Shown one piece after another: positions 52,244 to 64,000 of a stretch of 64,000 bases of DNA. The position numbers and the translations under genes were made by a program. How positions within the stretch are numbered: position 1 is the stretch's first letter; the number at the start of each line of letters is the position of its first letter. The notes beneath the pieces are model-generated. The model made no database searches. It was not told the DNA's origin and saw only the letters and a list, made by a program, of their open reading frames with translations. Origin of the DNA: Pecten maximus (Eukaryota); NCBI RefSeq assembly GCF_902652985.1, contig NC_047031.1:15686001-15750000 (forward strand), given 5' to 3'.

Positions 52244-53878
52244 TATTTGTTTATCGTCCTATCAACAGCTATGGTCATTTAAGGACAACCTCCCGTGCGT
52301 GCGATACACATGCGTGTGTTCAGTGCGTATGTGTGTTTTGGGAGGCAGTATGTTCGTGTTAAGTATCCTTGCGGTTGTGCGGAACTTTCTCCGATTTAAA
52401 GTACTAAAGAGAGCAGATATATACAATTGTGTAAACTCACACAATCAGCTTATCTATATAGATTTACTTATAGTCATATATACCACAGAACATATTTCAG
52501 TAAAACAGTGGAACTCTATCATTGAACAATCTTCTCAATGTGAATCAATCTATGAATACAAATACTAATAAAAGGAAAGCAACACAATTAATGCAGCATG
52601 TATCATTTCTAAAAGTAGAACATCTTCTTCAGTATCAGATATGTAAGAATAACATATCTAAAAATATCACATTAAAATATTCCTATAAATATTCTGTATA
52701 CCTGGTAAATGACCACCAGATAAGGCGAAAATTTCAAGCTGAATTAGAGGATTTATACACCATAGTATATAAGCCAAGTGTAGTCTGACCAACATATCCT
52801 CTTTAACTTTTATTCTATACTCTCACAAGCAACATCTGTCATTTATTTACACTACATTGATAGAATAAAATATATGCATGTCAAATAAAATCTAGAGTCC
52901 AGGCCAGTGACGGACGCGAGACGTAAAGAGATTTGATAAAAAAATATCTATACCTGAGCACAGGTATAAATAAAACGTCTATAAATATAACAATAATACA
53001 GCACACGTATAAATCTTTCAATAAAATTTCATATATCAATCCTCTTAATATAGCATCCCGATAAAAAGAACTGAACAGTCATCATCTATAAAGGGACCAA
53101 CTACACCTACGAGGGTTTCCTATTGTACAGAAAAATTGGTCAAGAAAAAATAGATTTTGAAATAATTCTTTCCTGCATTTTAAATATGTGTGTAACGTCA
53201 AATCCAACTGGGAGCAAACTACAAAGATAAGTTGAGGATTTTTTGTCGTGATATCGATTCATTGAACAAGCTGTCAGAACAAAATGTCAAAATTAAACAT
53301 ACTTTATAAGAATTATGTAGCCAAAACAAATTATAGTAATAATAATGATACTAGCAAGCGTGATATTTCTTGAATTTGTTTCGATAAGGAAAGATAGGGA
53401 AAAATACTGATCTTCTTACAAAACCAAGTATTCATTAATGTGATATCATTTATATCCATTGTATATATTAAAAAATGCGGTTAAAATGTTACAATGCATT
53501 TGTCCTATGTCTAAATTAGACAACCATCACATCAAAATGTCTACAGGATATGTTGGATTAAAATCACATATAATACTGTAACTTAGCTATTGTTCGCATG
53601 AAAATTGTGGCGCGTTGTCAAATGTCATTCAAACACAATTTAATGTGTCAACTTTAAGCATAATTTTCGTATTAGCAGATCAACTGACCACATTTTATCT
53701 GATCAATTATTTCTGTTCAGGGGACATCCGTTTCAGACAGGTTGCACTTTTTCACTTTATAAAGAAGTGTATTTGGGAAAGTTGGCCATCACTGTCTGTA
53801 AGCACTCAATCACGTTAGATAAACGTTGATTATATAGTCCTCTATAACATACCTTCTTCCCATCTTGATTACAACGGT

Positions 53879-54192
53879 TTATTCTTTAGAATTGTATTCT
53901 TGACCTAATTCATGCGCAGCAACCGTGTAATCGAGGTCATACTTTTTCATTCCTTCAAGAATTTCCCTGATAGTAGCACCTTCGCCTTTCCAATTTTTCC
54001 AAGTCACAAAGAGATTAAAGATAACATTCGTTATATCAGTGTTCGGATTCTTGTGGGAGTCGATGGTGCCCGACTGTAATCCAAGGTAAGCGAAGAAAAG
54101 TTCATACTTGGTACCAATGCTGCTCCGGCTTAATAACGACAACATCCTATCAGTTAGTCGTGAATTGAGGAAAGCATTAGTGAGAATGATAT
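53879..54192 (-). CDS. Death-domain terminal exon, ROCO copy B
   Basis: DIILTNAFLNSRLTDRMLSLLSRSSIGTKYELFFAYLGLQSGTI...IFNLFVTWKNWKGEGATIREILEGMKKY. Confidence 0.87.
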
Positions 54193-57100
54193 CTGGAAAT
54201 AAAAAAAAAACTTGTTTACTGTAAGACCTGGACAGAGTACTAAAATGAAAGATTAAGACATTCTTTAATTCACTTGGACATGTTATGTACAGCTAAACTT
54301 CATTTACAGTACTACAAACTTATAAATTCAGTGTACTCAGATTAAAGTGGTAACTAGCTGTTAAATTGGTATATTGAAAGCGTTTGGTTTAAGTTTAATA
54401 TGTACAATGTCAAATAAAGGACTATAAAATTCAAAGACGGTCTCCCATATTTATATACGTGAGAGTTTATTTTCAACTTGATACTCGGGGTTTATGTTTC
54501 GCGTATTCGAAGAATGACGAATGGTCCACCCGTTATCAGTATAATGTGACCAGGTGAGATGCACAGGTTGGCTGTGTGATTCATTAAGTAATTCTATGAA
54601 GTCGAACTTTCCCGTCATCACAAGGATAAACACAAACATGCCCCTGTCTGAACAAAAACATTTACCATGCATACATCTCGCACACAGGGGAAGCCTGAAG
54701 TGACTGTGATAGGTCAATAGGATGAGAATAAATAAAATCAAAACCACTTGAGGCAAATACCTTAATGAAGCATTTCTCCTAGCATTTGTTATAGTAGCAA
54801 TTCAACGAACATATTTTCATCAAACCCTAACTTGCAACAACTACAAATTCCAGATTAGCCATACCAAATGTTTTTATGTCCAAACTATGATTTACCCTTA
54901 ACCAAGAAAAATTTTCTGATGAACATTATTTTATGAATAACATGGGTCTGATGTCAAACTTTAGACGTTTCATTGAATGTGCATTTGTTAAAATCATACC
55001 GTTCAAATAATACATCTTTGTGGCGCCATTCATATCCACGTGAGAACATGTATTTTTTTTTCGCATATTAAACAAATAAATAAAAGAATTTAATAAAAAA
55101 ATCTCATCGCATGCAAAAGAAATGGTTGCTTGTCAAGTAAAACATAAAATAAAAAATAGCATGGAAACTTACCCTCGCCTGACTTCACTTTGCTCTGTAA
55201 AGAGATACAAGATATATGAACGAATAACTATAATGAAGCTAGTAATAATTTCTAAGTTTACAAGTTTTTTTTAGACCCGATATGGTGTTACGGATTTATA
55301 TACTACTGCAATTTAGTAGAAAATATAACATTTTTTATTCTGGGCGTCAACATACGAGAGGCCCAATGGGTCTGTATCGCTCACCTGGCTCTACAGCAGT
55401 TTTGAAATTGATTGTCATCTCTACAGATACTATGTTGATTGCCTCTTTATTCAAATATCGGAGTAGGTCAGGTTCTATCAATAAAGTGTCTGGTCCTTCA
55501 TTCCAGCATACCATTGGCCTTTTATCAGGTGTCGGGAGACTCTTGGCTATCGCAAAATTACTGTTTACAGTTTAAAGCCTATTTTACCCCTGTGACCTTG
55601 AATGTAGGTCAAGGTCATGCATTTGAACAAACTTGGTAGCCCTTCATCCCAGCATGCTACAGGCTGGTTATCAAGTCCAAGTGCCTCTTTGTTAGTCGTT
55701 CGAAGAGTATAGCCTATTTGACCCATGTGACCTTAAATGAAGTTCAAGGTAATTTTTTAACAACCTTGGAAGGTCTTCATCCCAGCATGCTACATGCCCG
55801 ATATAAAGTCCCTGGGCCTCTTGGTAATTGAAAAGAAGTCATTTGAAGATAAGCATTTTTGACCCATGTGACCTTGAATGAAGGTGAAGGTCATTCATTT
55901 GAACCAACTTGGTAGCCCTTCACCAAGGCATGCTACAGGCCCAATATCAAGTCCCTGGGCCTCTCGGTTTTTGAAAAGAAGTCTGTTGAAAATTATATCT
56001 TATTTGACAGATATGACCTTGAACTAAGGTCAAGGTAATTTATTTTTTTCACATTTAGTAGCCCTTCTGTCCAGGGTGTTACAGATCAAATATCAAGTCC
56101 CTGTGCCTTTTGGTTATTGAGAAGACGTTGTTTCAATGCAAAAGTTGACGCCTCCGTCCGACTCATTGGTTTGGTTTGGATTATTTGGTTTAACGTCCTA
56201 TTAACAGCTAAGGCCTTCGGACAAATGACCCAAATTTTCACCAAACTCGCCTCATCAAACTTAGTTTCCTTGGTATTTGTGCTTTTGTTTTGTCGCCGAA
56301 ACGTTTATGAGCAGCCACGATTGATATTGAATGGATGTTATTGACGTGTAACGGATTTCACGGGAAGTGATACCCATGTGTGTTACCCGCTACGGAATCA
56401 TCCAGGATGTCATGTGTATTTAAACGTATGTGATCTTCGAGATTTTTGCCATCAGTGGGATAAAACATTTATTTTGTCAAGACAGTAATAAATATCAGAT
56501 ATGATATAGCTGGCAATATTAGCGAGAAGGGAATTTCATTTGTTCAGGGTCATTTAAGATAACAAGAATTTAAATACGGAGTTCATACTAAAGCCCTGCG
56601 TAAGAATATCTTTGATTTTTCGTTTCCTTTAGAGCGTTGACCTCACTTATTTATTGCGTAATGAATTGTAACGTACGTCCATCGAAATAGAACTATAATG
56701 TATTTGGAATGCATGTCGTTTTGATAAGCTCCATGTACAACGTTTCCTATTACACGGACTATGAACGCAAACGGACCCTATACAGGTAATTAGAACTATA
56801 AACGGCGAGTAAAAACGGAGGAAAACGTAACAGCATCGAAAAAAATACAAATATTTGTTTTACCTCTTTCTCTTCCATCCAGGATTCTGCGTCTGATTTG
56901 TCAAGGAAATGTAGGTCATCAGAAAAGTACTCACAACAGCGCACTGGCCCGTCCGTGTTAATGTCCAAGATCGGAACTGGACAGGTGTCGCTGCAGATGT
57001 CGTGTTTACAATGTAAACACAGTTCATATACGATGTTTCCGTGGTGAAACCGAGTGAAAACCTGTTTCAAACGATCAACGAAGAATGATCGTACCAATCC

Positions 57101-60100
57101 ATATTTCCCTTTGAAATCTGTCTCCCCGTTCTTGTTGATAAGAGTGCAGCTCACAACGGCTCCTTTGCAACTCACAAGAAGGTCGCACGCTCGGGTTAGC
57201 ATAAAGCAGGCAGATCCTCTTTGCATGAGAGATTTACCTTCACTGTCCTTTTTAATTTTTATTTTAGGTGATGAAAGGCATGTTGCTAAAAGTTTGTCAT
57301 GAATTGCAGGTAGTAGTTTTGATTTGAACACAAAGCACAAGGTTTTCGATGTTACTGCACTGGGATGGCGTAGTACTTCATTGAAGAGTAGAGCATCTCT
57401 CGGGGGAAGCAGACTTGGAACTATCCATTTGCGGTCCGCCGTCTCCTGTGTTATGGCGACCAGCAGATGCAAGCGCTGCATTATCTCTATTAGAATATCC
57501 TGGTGCTTGCGATAGCTTCCCAAGAGACTTTCCAATAATTCCAAAGTCAGAATGCCTGATCTTTGAATCTGTACGATTTGTAGCTTTGTTTTTTCGTTTT
57601 TAGATTTTATAAATCGCATTGCTCTGATAATGCACCGAAATGCATCCACTATCCATTGAGGATGTGTGACTACGAACGGTTCCTGTTGATTTTTAGCGTC
57701 TTGTACATTTTCAAAAAACAAAATGTTTCCTGTAAGATGCATGTACCTGTAAAACGAGAAAAATGTAATTATTTGTTTACAGAATAATACGTATTGCATT
57801 AATGTGGGATACCCTTCATACAATTACATATAGACATGGATGTTTACTGTTGACGGGTAACGGATATTTATATAACTACGTTACATTATTAACATGATTT
57901 ACCACCGCAAGATTCAAAACACTGCATGATCATCCTACTTCTCATTCATGTAAACTTAATCACGTCAATTACTATTTTTTTAGAAACCTTTCACTTTGCA
58001 AAAGATGGAATTACTTTATGGACATTTTCTGGCTACGCATTTGCTTTAAACGTCTTTCATTCGCAAACAAATTATCTGTTGTCGGTATTTTCTGTTCAGC
58101 CATATGTTTTGATCATCAGCCGCTTTACTCGATTACTACGATTTCCTGAACAGATATCGATACTTTATCGATGATTTATCATTAGCTTTAGAAAAGGGCA
58201 AGTTGAAGGACATCAAGGGGAATTTATGGTTGACATCGTGATCTCGCTGTGAAATGTATTCCCTTGTGCGATATAAGGTCAGAACTTCCCGATGCATGTC
58301 GATATGCCCAGTGGGAAAGTTCCGTTTTCACCGCCATATTTCCCGTTTTGTGAATGACATATTACCCGGGTTTAGTCTAGATATTTATGACGGCTGGCTT
58401 CAATGAAGCAGGAAACTCAGTACAGTACTGTAGTTATACTCGAAATTCGCAGTTTTGAGGCCTGTATTTAATCTGTTGTTTTGCACGTTTATTATGACCT
58501 TAGCTGTGGCTAGGACGACAAACCACTTTTGGCCTTTAGTTGAGCGTTCGCCGCTGTGAGGAAGGCTGTGTGTTTTGTCCCCTAGCCGAGACATACCAGA
58601 GTCTTTGAAAATGGTAGTTGCTACTCCTGCGTAGCGCTCAGCATATTTGGAGCGGGACGACTGGTTTGCCCGTTGTCAGTATAATGTGACTGGGTGGGGT
58701 GTGCTGCTGGGTTGCTTCGACAGTATGCTTCAGTAGCACTATAAATCGGCAAAAGTACCGGCCTATCACAAGGAGACTTAAAACGAATATACCGCAGCCT
58801 CCCAAAACACATACACACTCACCACACGCATACATGTCGGACGAACGGGAGGCCGTCCTTAAATGACCCTGGCTGTTAATAGGACGTTAAACAAAATAAA
58901 CCAAACCAAACCAAACGACATTCATTCCATCGATGCGAGATGCATGCGTGTGGAGAACGGGTGTGTGTGTTTGAAAGGCTGCGGTATAATCTTTTTTGTC
59001 TCCTTGTGATTGGAGGATATCCTAGGAGGTACAATTCGTACGCAGGACAGCTTTTCTTAAGATTCGTGAGAACATATAATATACTTATATAGGGTAGTCT
59101 GTATAAATCGAATTAATTAATAAAATCAATCAAAACTAACACCAATCAAATTATGATTCAGTAATGTAATGATACTACATTTGTGGATTGGAGAGATATT
59201 TATATTCTTAGTGAGATTTGTTTATAGGAAAACTTTACCTCAAACAGTTTTTTATTTCCTCTGAATTGCCTATGGAAACTTCGTTTCTTCTATCAATATC
59301 CATGACCTCAGAAAATCGGATGATGTAGCGTTTCTGTTGTTTCAGCATTCGTAAATCTATGTCAAGGGTAACCCACGTAGCTGGTATCCGTTTGTTCCAA
59401 TTTTCTTGAGACGGTGCCAATGTAACTATTTCGTCCCTTATTTCTTGAAAAGCGGGATCTTCTTTGTTTGTATTGTCTACAAAGTGAAGGGAGTTTATAG
59501 AGCTGACATTAAGTCTCTCCATTGTGCCAAACAGCTTAATTTTGCTTGCCTCCTTATCCTCATCCTACAAAGCAAATATTTTTATATCATTTCATGAAAA
59601 AATAAGAGTACCGCGAACGGTACATAATACGCCCGCCATGAAAATCGACGCACATTTTATTTGAAGGAAAGAATTAACTATAAGTATCACAATTGGGTGT
59701 GAACAAGGGATATTAGTGGCGCAAGGTTAGTATGTGATTATAACATGCAGGTATAAGAGTATACATGCAGATGTCCAATGAAATGATTGTTTTTGCAAGC
59801 TGAAATGGAATAAAATAAATTGTTGGATACATTGTGGTTACCTTTATTTACCGAGAGATATCCAAATGGCTTTGTGTGGGGAGTAGTTAACTTCTAGAAT
59901 GCAAACCACTACCTTGGAATTCGACAGAAACAGAACAAGGAACAACTGTATAAAGTTTCATCGAAATCCATTCAGTACTTTGACCGGGAATCTCCGGTAA
60001 ATGAAAATTATAGAAGATTTCTAAAAATAGTAATAGTGACCTAGATTCGCAAACCACGACCTTAAAATTCGACTCGTCTCCAGACCACGTGTATGAAGTT

Positions 60101-62438
60101 TCATTGAAATTCATTCAGAAGTTTGACGGGAAACCTCCGGACAATGTAAATGTTGACGTACGGACGGACGGACAAGGTGACAAGGCGAATAACAAAACGA
60201 ACAATATATAACATTAATCATTATAAATTGATGTTTTTACACCGTTTGATTGGCTTAGATAGCATCACGTGATTCCCAATAAAGTTATATGGACCGACCT
60301 TGCAAAAAAAAGCTGGTTGACCGGGTGTTTCTCAAAAGGGATATATGATACTCCGAAGACCTTGACAACAACAGCAATGGCAGACGTCAGGTTCGCCGTT
60401 CTTAAAACGGACAAAAAAGTATATTCTCGACGGTGTTGAGTCCAACCATACAAAACGGAACCCATCAACAGATGTTAAAGCTTTTAGGGAGTGTTTAACA
60501 TCGAGAGGGGAATCATCTAACTTCGAGGAATTCACGAAAAATGACTTGGACAACTCGCTTGGTAATTTCTACATGGAAAAGCGATCCAAGAAAGGGGGAC
60601 TATACAAACAAGAGGCCCAAGCATCAAAATAATGTTCATGTTCTATTTGTTAATACCTATATTACCTATACAATGCTATATATGGTTATGGGATGGGGAA
60701 AGACCCCAGGGCCTATTTTTATATCATGTTTGTTTTATCTGCTTTATGCCCAACAATGCTATGCATGGTTATAGGGTGGGGATCCCAATGGTTTCAAAGA
60801 TATATTATAGAAACTAAGTCCCCAGAGAGTGATTTGGTTTGGTTTATTTTGTTTAACGTCCTATTAACAGCTAAAGTAATTTAAGGACTGCCTCCCTTGC
60901 GTGCGACATGCATGCGTGTGGTGAGTGGATTTGGTTTGCTTTTAGTTTGACGTCATATTAACAGCCAGGGTCATTTTAGGACGTGCCAGGTTTGGAGGTG
61001 GAGAAAAGCGGAAGTACCCGGAGAAAAACCACCGACCTACGGTCAGTACCTGGCAACTACCCCACGTTGGTTTCGAACTCGCAACCCTGAGGTGGAAGGC
61101 TAGCGTTAAAGTGTCGGGACACATTAACCACTCGGCCACCGCGGCCCCAAGGTGATTGCGTATGTGTGTTTTGGGAGGCAACTACCATTTTAAAAGACTC
61201 TGGTATGTCTCGGCTAGGGGACAGAACCCAAAGCCTTCTTGACAGTGGCGAACGTTCAACTAAAGGACAAAAGTGAGGCATTGTCAAGGGAGACATCAGG
61301 ATTGTAGGGTGGGGATATTAATGGTTTAAAAAAAAAAAAAAAAAAAATTAAGTTCCTAGGGGTGGGGAAAGACCCAAGGGCCTATATCTATAACAGGATT
61401 GTGTTTATCTCTCCAGACTAAATTTCATCAAAATCCATTCAAGCGTTCAGGAGAAGGAGTGATTTAAAGGACTTAACCAAACTTCCCCTATTTGGCACCG
61501 CCCTTCCGGCCCCAGGGAAGCCACACCCTCCGTTTATACCACGTATGATCCCTTTTGCCCAATAATGTTTCCGACCAATTTCGTACAGACATGGTTTACA
61601 GAGGTATCTTGAATGCAGAAGCCCCCATTACAATATCAATATTACCACTGGTGAAGAGTTAAAACAGTACACAAAAGCCTTCCAAAGTATGACAAGATGT
61701 GTCCAGCCAGCAAAATTAAAAATGCAAAAAATGCAGTAACAAATTCCAGGTGCCACTTTCCCATGGCCTCAAAAATGTTCAAAATCTTGACACTAATTAC
61801 AGTATACATTGTTTGAGAATATGAATACAATTAATTGAAGAAAATATCATTTTGTTTGAATTTATATCTAAAAAATCATTTTATAATAAAACTGTTATTG
61901 CCTTTCGTCCTCTGTCGATATTTTTTTCTTGGGTAGATAAAACCATGTATCGACATCATCAGAAAAATGTAATTGTATAAAAGAGCACCGATAGTGCCAT
62001 TTCAGAAGGAATCGAGAACAAAACACAGACCTCGGACCTCGAAACAAGGCATCGAGTTAAGAGGGAAAAAAAGACAATAATGATATGACAAATTAGTTAG
62101 CATAGGTTGTTATGCCACCTTTGTTTTGTTGTCGGTTTGTTTTTAGTAAAGAAACCGAAGCAAATCAAAGAAATTTGCAGGGTTATTCTTCCATTAGTTC
62201 AAACTGAATTCATGTGATGTGTTTTGGAGGTTATGTATTCAATTCTTCTTTGATAGAACGTAGAATTGATGTCGAATATATAGTTCTGCCTCCTTGTACG
62301 GGTTTATACATACCGAATCGCCCATTTTGTCAAGATGAGAGCCAATAAGTATTATTGGTGGCGTCTTACTGGAATTCTCCTTTCCCATGGCTGCCGAGGA
62401 AAATGTTCCGATCACTTCTTGCCAGGTACAAAGCTTGT
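53879..62438 (-). CDS. ROCO copy B, 3' part (Roc G4-COR-death); 5' exons lie beyond the window end
   Basis: Exons 62438-62314 (PPIILIGSHLD, 125 nt as in A), 59564-59239, 57746-56864 (COR), 55194-55173 (22-nt micro-exon as in A), 54192-53879 (death). Intron positions and phases are identical to copy A. Confidence 0.88.
55353..56160 (-). mobile_element. HINE with internal tandem repeats
   Basis: gagaggcccaatgggtctgtatcgctcacctgg is the reverse 3' terminus; repeats gacccatgtgaccttgaatgaaggt...atcaagtccctgggcctc. Confidence 0.78.
56864..57746 (-). CDS. COR-domain exon, ROCO copy B
   Basis: YMHLTGNILFFENVQ...VVTHPQWIVDAFRCII...WIVPSLLP; 883 nt. Confidence 0.9.
58523..58915 (+). mobile_element. 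Meta-type SINE from tRNA head to tail
   Basis: ccacttttggcctttagttgagcgttcgcc...ccttaaatgaccctggctgttaataggacgttaaac(aaacc)n. Confidence 0.88.
59239..59564 (-). CDS. Roc C-terminus/COR-start exon, ROCO copy B
   Basis: HFVDNTNKEDPAFQEIRDEIVTLAPSQENWNKRIPATWVTLD. Confidence 0.88.
60205..61980 (+). mobile_element. Internally deleted Crypton-like element split by nested insertions
   Basis: 60377-60608 translates (one frameshift) MADVRFAVL...HTKRNPSTDVKAFRECLTSRGESSNFEEFTKNDLDNSLGNFYMEKRSKKGGLYK and resumes at ~61581 SYRHGLQRYLECRSPHYNINI. These motifs resemble the N-terminal region of Crypton/DUF3504 tyrosine recombinases. Outer boundaries are approximate. Confidence 0.6.
60833..61300 (-). mobile_element. 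Meta-type SINE (internally deleted) containing a nested full V-SINE at ~60928-61148
   Basis: Meta tail 60833-60927, then the V-SINE with probable TSD ggtgagtg/ggtgattg, then the Meta remainder 61151-61300. Confidence 0.85.
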
Positions 62439-64000
62439 CTGTTGATATAAATTAAATAGCTGGTCTAACATACAAATGTTACACAACGACTAGCTGTTGG
62501 ATAGGGTATATAATTCATTCGTAATTTTTTAAGTTGCAAAAGGAACGAATTTTTGCTCTTTTTAACTAAACGAATGAGTCTTTACATTTCAAAAGATACT
62601 TAACGAGACTTTGGCCCTGAGATCTTTTCTGCACACTTTATTGAAATTGGTTTCTTATTAGTCGAAAATCTAAATCTTTTACGAACCGGCAAAACATGAT
62701 GACGGAAAACGGGAATAGAACAATACTCGAGACCTAGAAGTAATACCATAATTAACAACCATGAGTCGTCAGACCTGTTTCTTCCACAATGGTATATCTC
62801 AGTAGCTGTCGAATTGTTGTCAATATGAAATTACTTTTTGTCTTAATTAAAAAAAAAATCTATTATTTTCAAATTTATTCAATCATCAACTGCATTAAAT
62901 TGTAACTGAAATAATTCAAAACTTGAATTTCTGTAAAAATCAAATTCAAAAACACAAAACGAGCAGATTACACTAGCGAAAGAACATAAAGTTTCTAGAG
63001 ATGCGTTGCATTGTAAACGTACTGTCGTATCTGCATTGTTTGCGACAGCTTTTGTTTCGCATTTTGAAAGAAACCGAGAACATCCACGTCACTGGCAATT
63101 GTTGTGTTTGCTATTAAGACAATAAAACCATCAATATCGAGAGAATCGTTATCGACTAGGTATCGACCACAGTTGAAAAATCGATATATATATACTCATC
63201 ATTCAGCACATCCACAATGATCTGATATTGATACAGTGTATTTTATAAAATTAACATTCAGAACTCAAGGAAGCTGGGTTATAAAGGATGTAATTTCCAA
63301 GCGAATATTTTTCTCTGAATATTTTAGGAGAGAAAATGTATTGTATACAAATGTCGTACATGGTTTTAAGTAATAGAGCAATTAATCGCAAGTGAAAGGG
63401 GTGGCTTGATTCGAAAGTTGCACAAAACATGTATGATTCGTTGTTATGCTTATGCTTCCTAATGGATTTGTCACTGAAAAATATCAATTAAAGTCCATTA
63501 TATCCATAAAAAAATCGTTAGGCTATCAAAGTCAACACAGCTGAAAACTCTTACCATAATTTCCGCCCGGAATGTATCCATAAAATGTGAGACTAACCCG
63601 TAAAAATTTCAACCACAAAATAAAAACCTTTACCTGACAGCTACATATTTCATGCGAAACATTCAATTTCGAAAAAGTCAAACGGTAGCGACTCATTTTA
63701 AAACTCTACATGCATTATCATTGCTGGTTTAGCTTCATTGAATGGAAAGGTTCAAGAAAAACATTTGTTCGATTTCCATTATTAAATCCCCCGAAAGAAG
63801 TGGGGACTTATTTTGATATTCTTTTTCGCCGTATTTTTGTCTTAATCTTTTCGTAGGAACTAATTGAAAAAAGAAACAAGTGTTCATCATTTGGTAAGGA
63901 TGTGTACATTGGACCCTTTCCTCTCTCTCGTTACCTCACTTTCATATTTTAATCAAATGCCCGCCATCTATTGGCCTCTGATTTGTCCCAATTTAGATAT

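Noticed and set aside
53796-53852. Possible intron just after the ROCO B stop codon
   Set aside because: Only 57 nt with no convincing coding continuation.
63545-63650. Possible extra exon(s) of ROCO B with GTAAG/GTAAAG donors
   Set aside because: No similarity to the expected G3 (WDFAG) exon; cannot be supported without transcripts.

Overview
AT-rich, intron-rich eukaryotic DNA; the repeat complement (Meta- and V-type tRNA SINEs, Helentron-derived elements with internal satellites, Crypton relics) suggests a mollusc, probably a bivalve (inference). Four minus-strand spliced genes were reconstructed by hand from GT-AG junctions and codon phase. (1) The 5' end of a secreted Cys-rich protein (1187 to 461, continuing off the left edge). 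(2) A signal peptide-(FN3-CUB)x4 protein with a GPI-like hydrophobic tail (14727 to 7113), whose last exon has two in-frame stops inside an apparent compensated frameshift. (3) A complete kinase-less ankyrin-Roc-COR-death-domain ROCO gene (46450 to 22036). (4) The 3' half of a tandem paralog (62438 to 53879). Introns and intergenic DNA hold many SINEs, TA-flanked MITEs, tandem arrays, an I/Nimb-type LINE RNase H fragment fused to a SINE, and a four-level nested transposon stack. The most intriguing signal is a pseudoknot-capable ~70-nt RNA module upstream of the tRNA head of the Meta-type SINE, a candidate self-cleaving ribozyme. All calls were made by eye; no searches were run.
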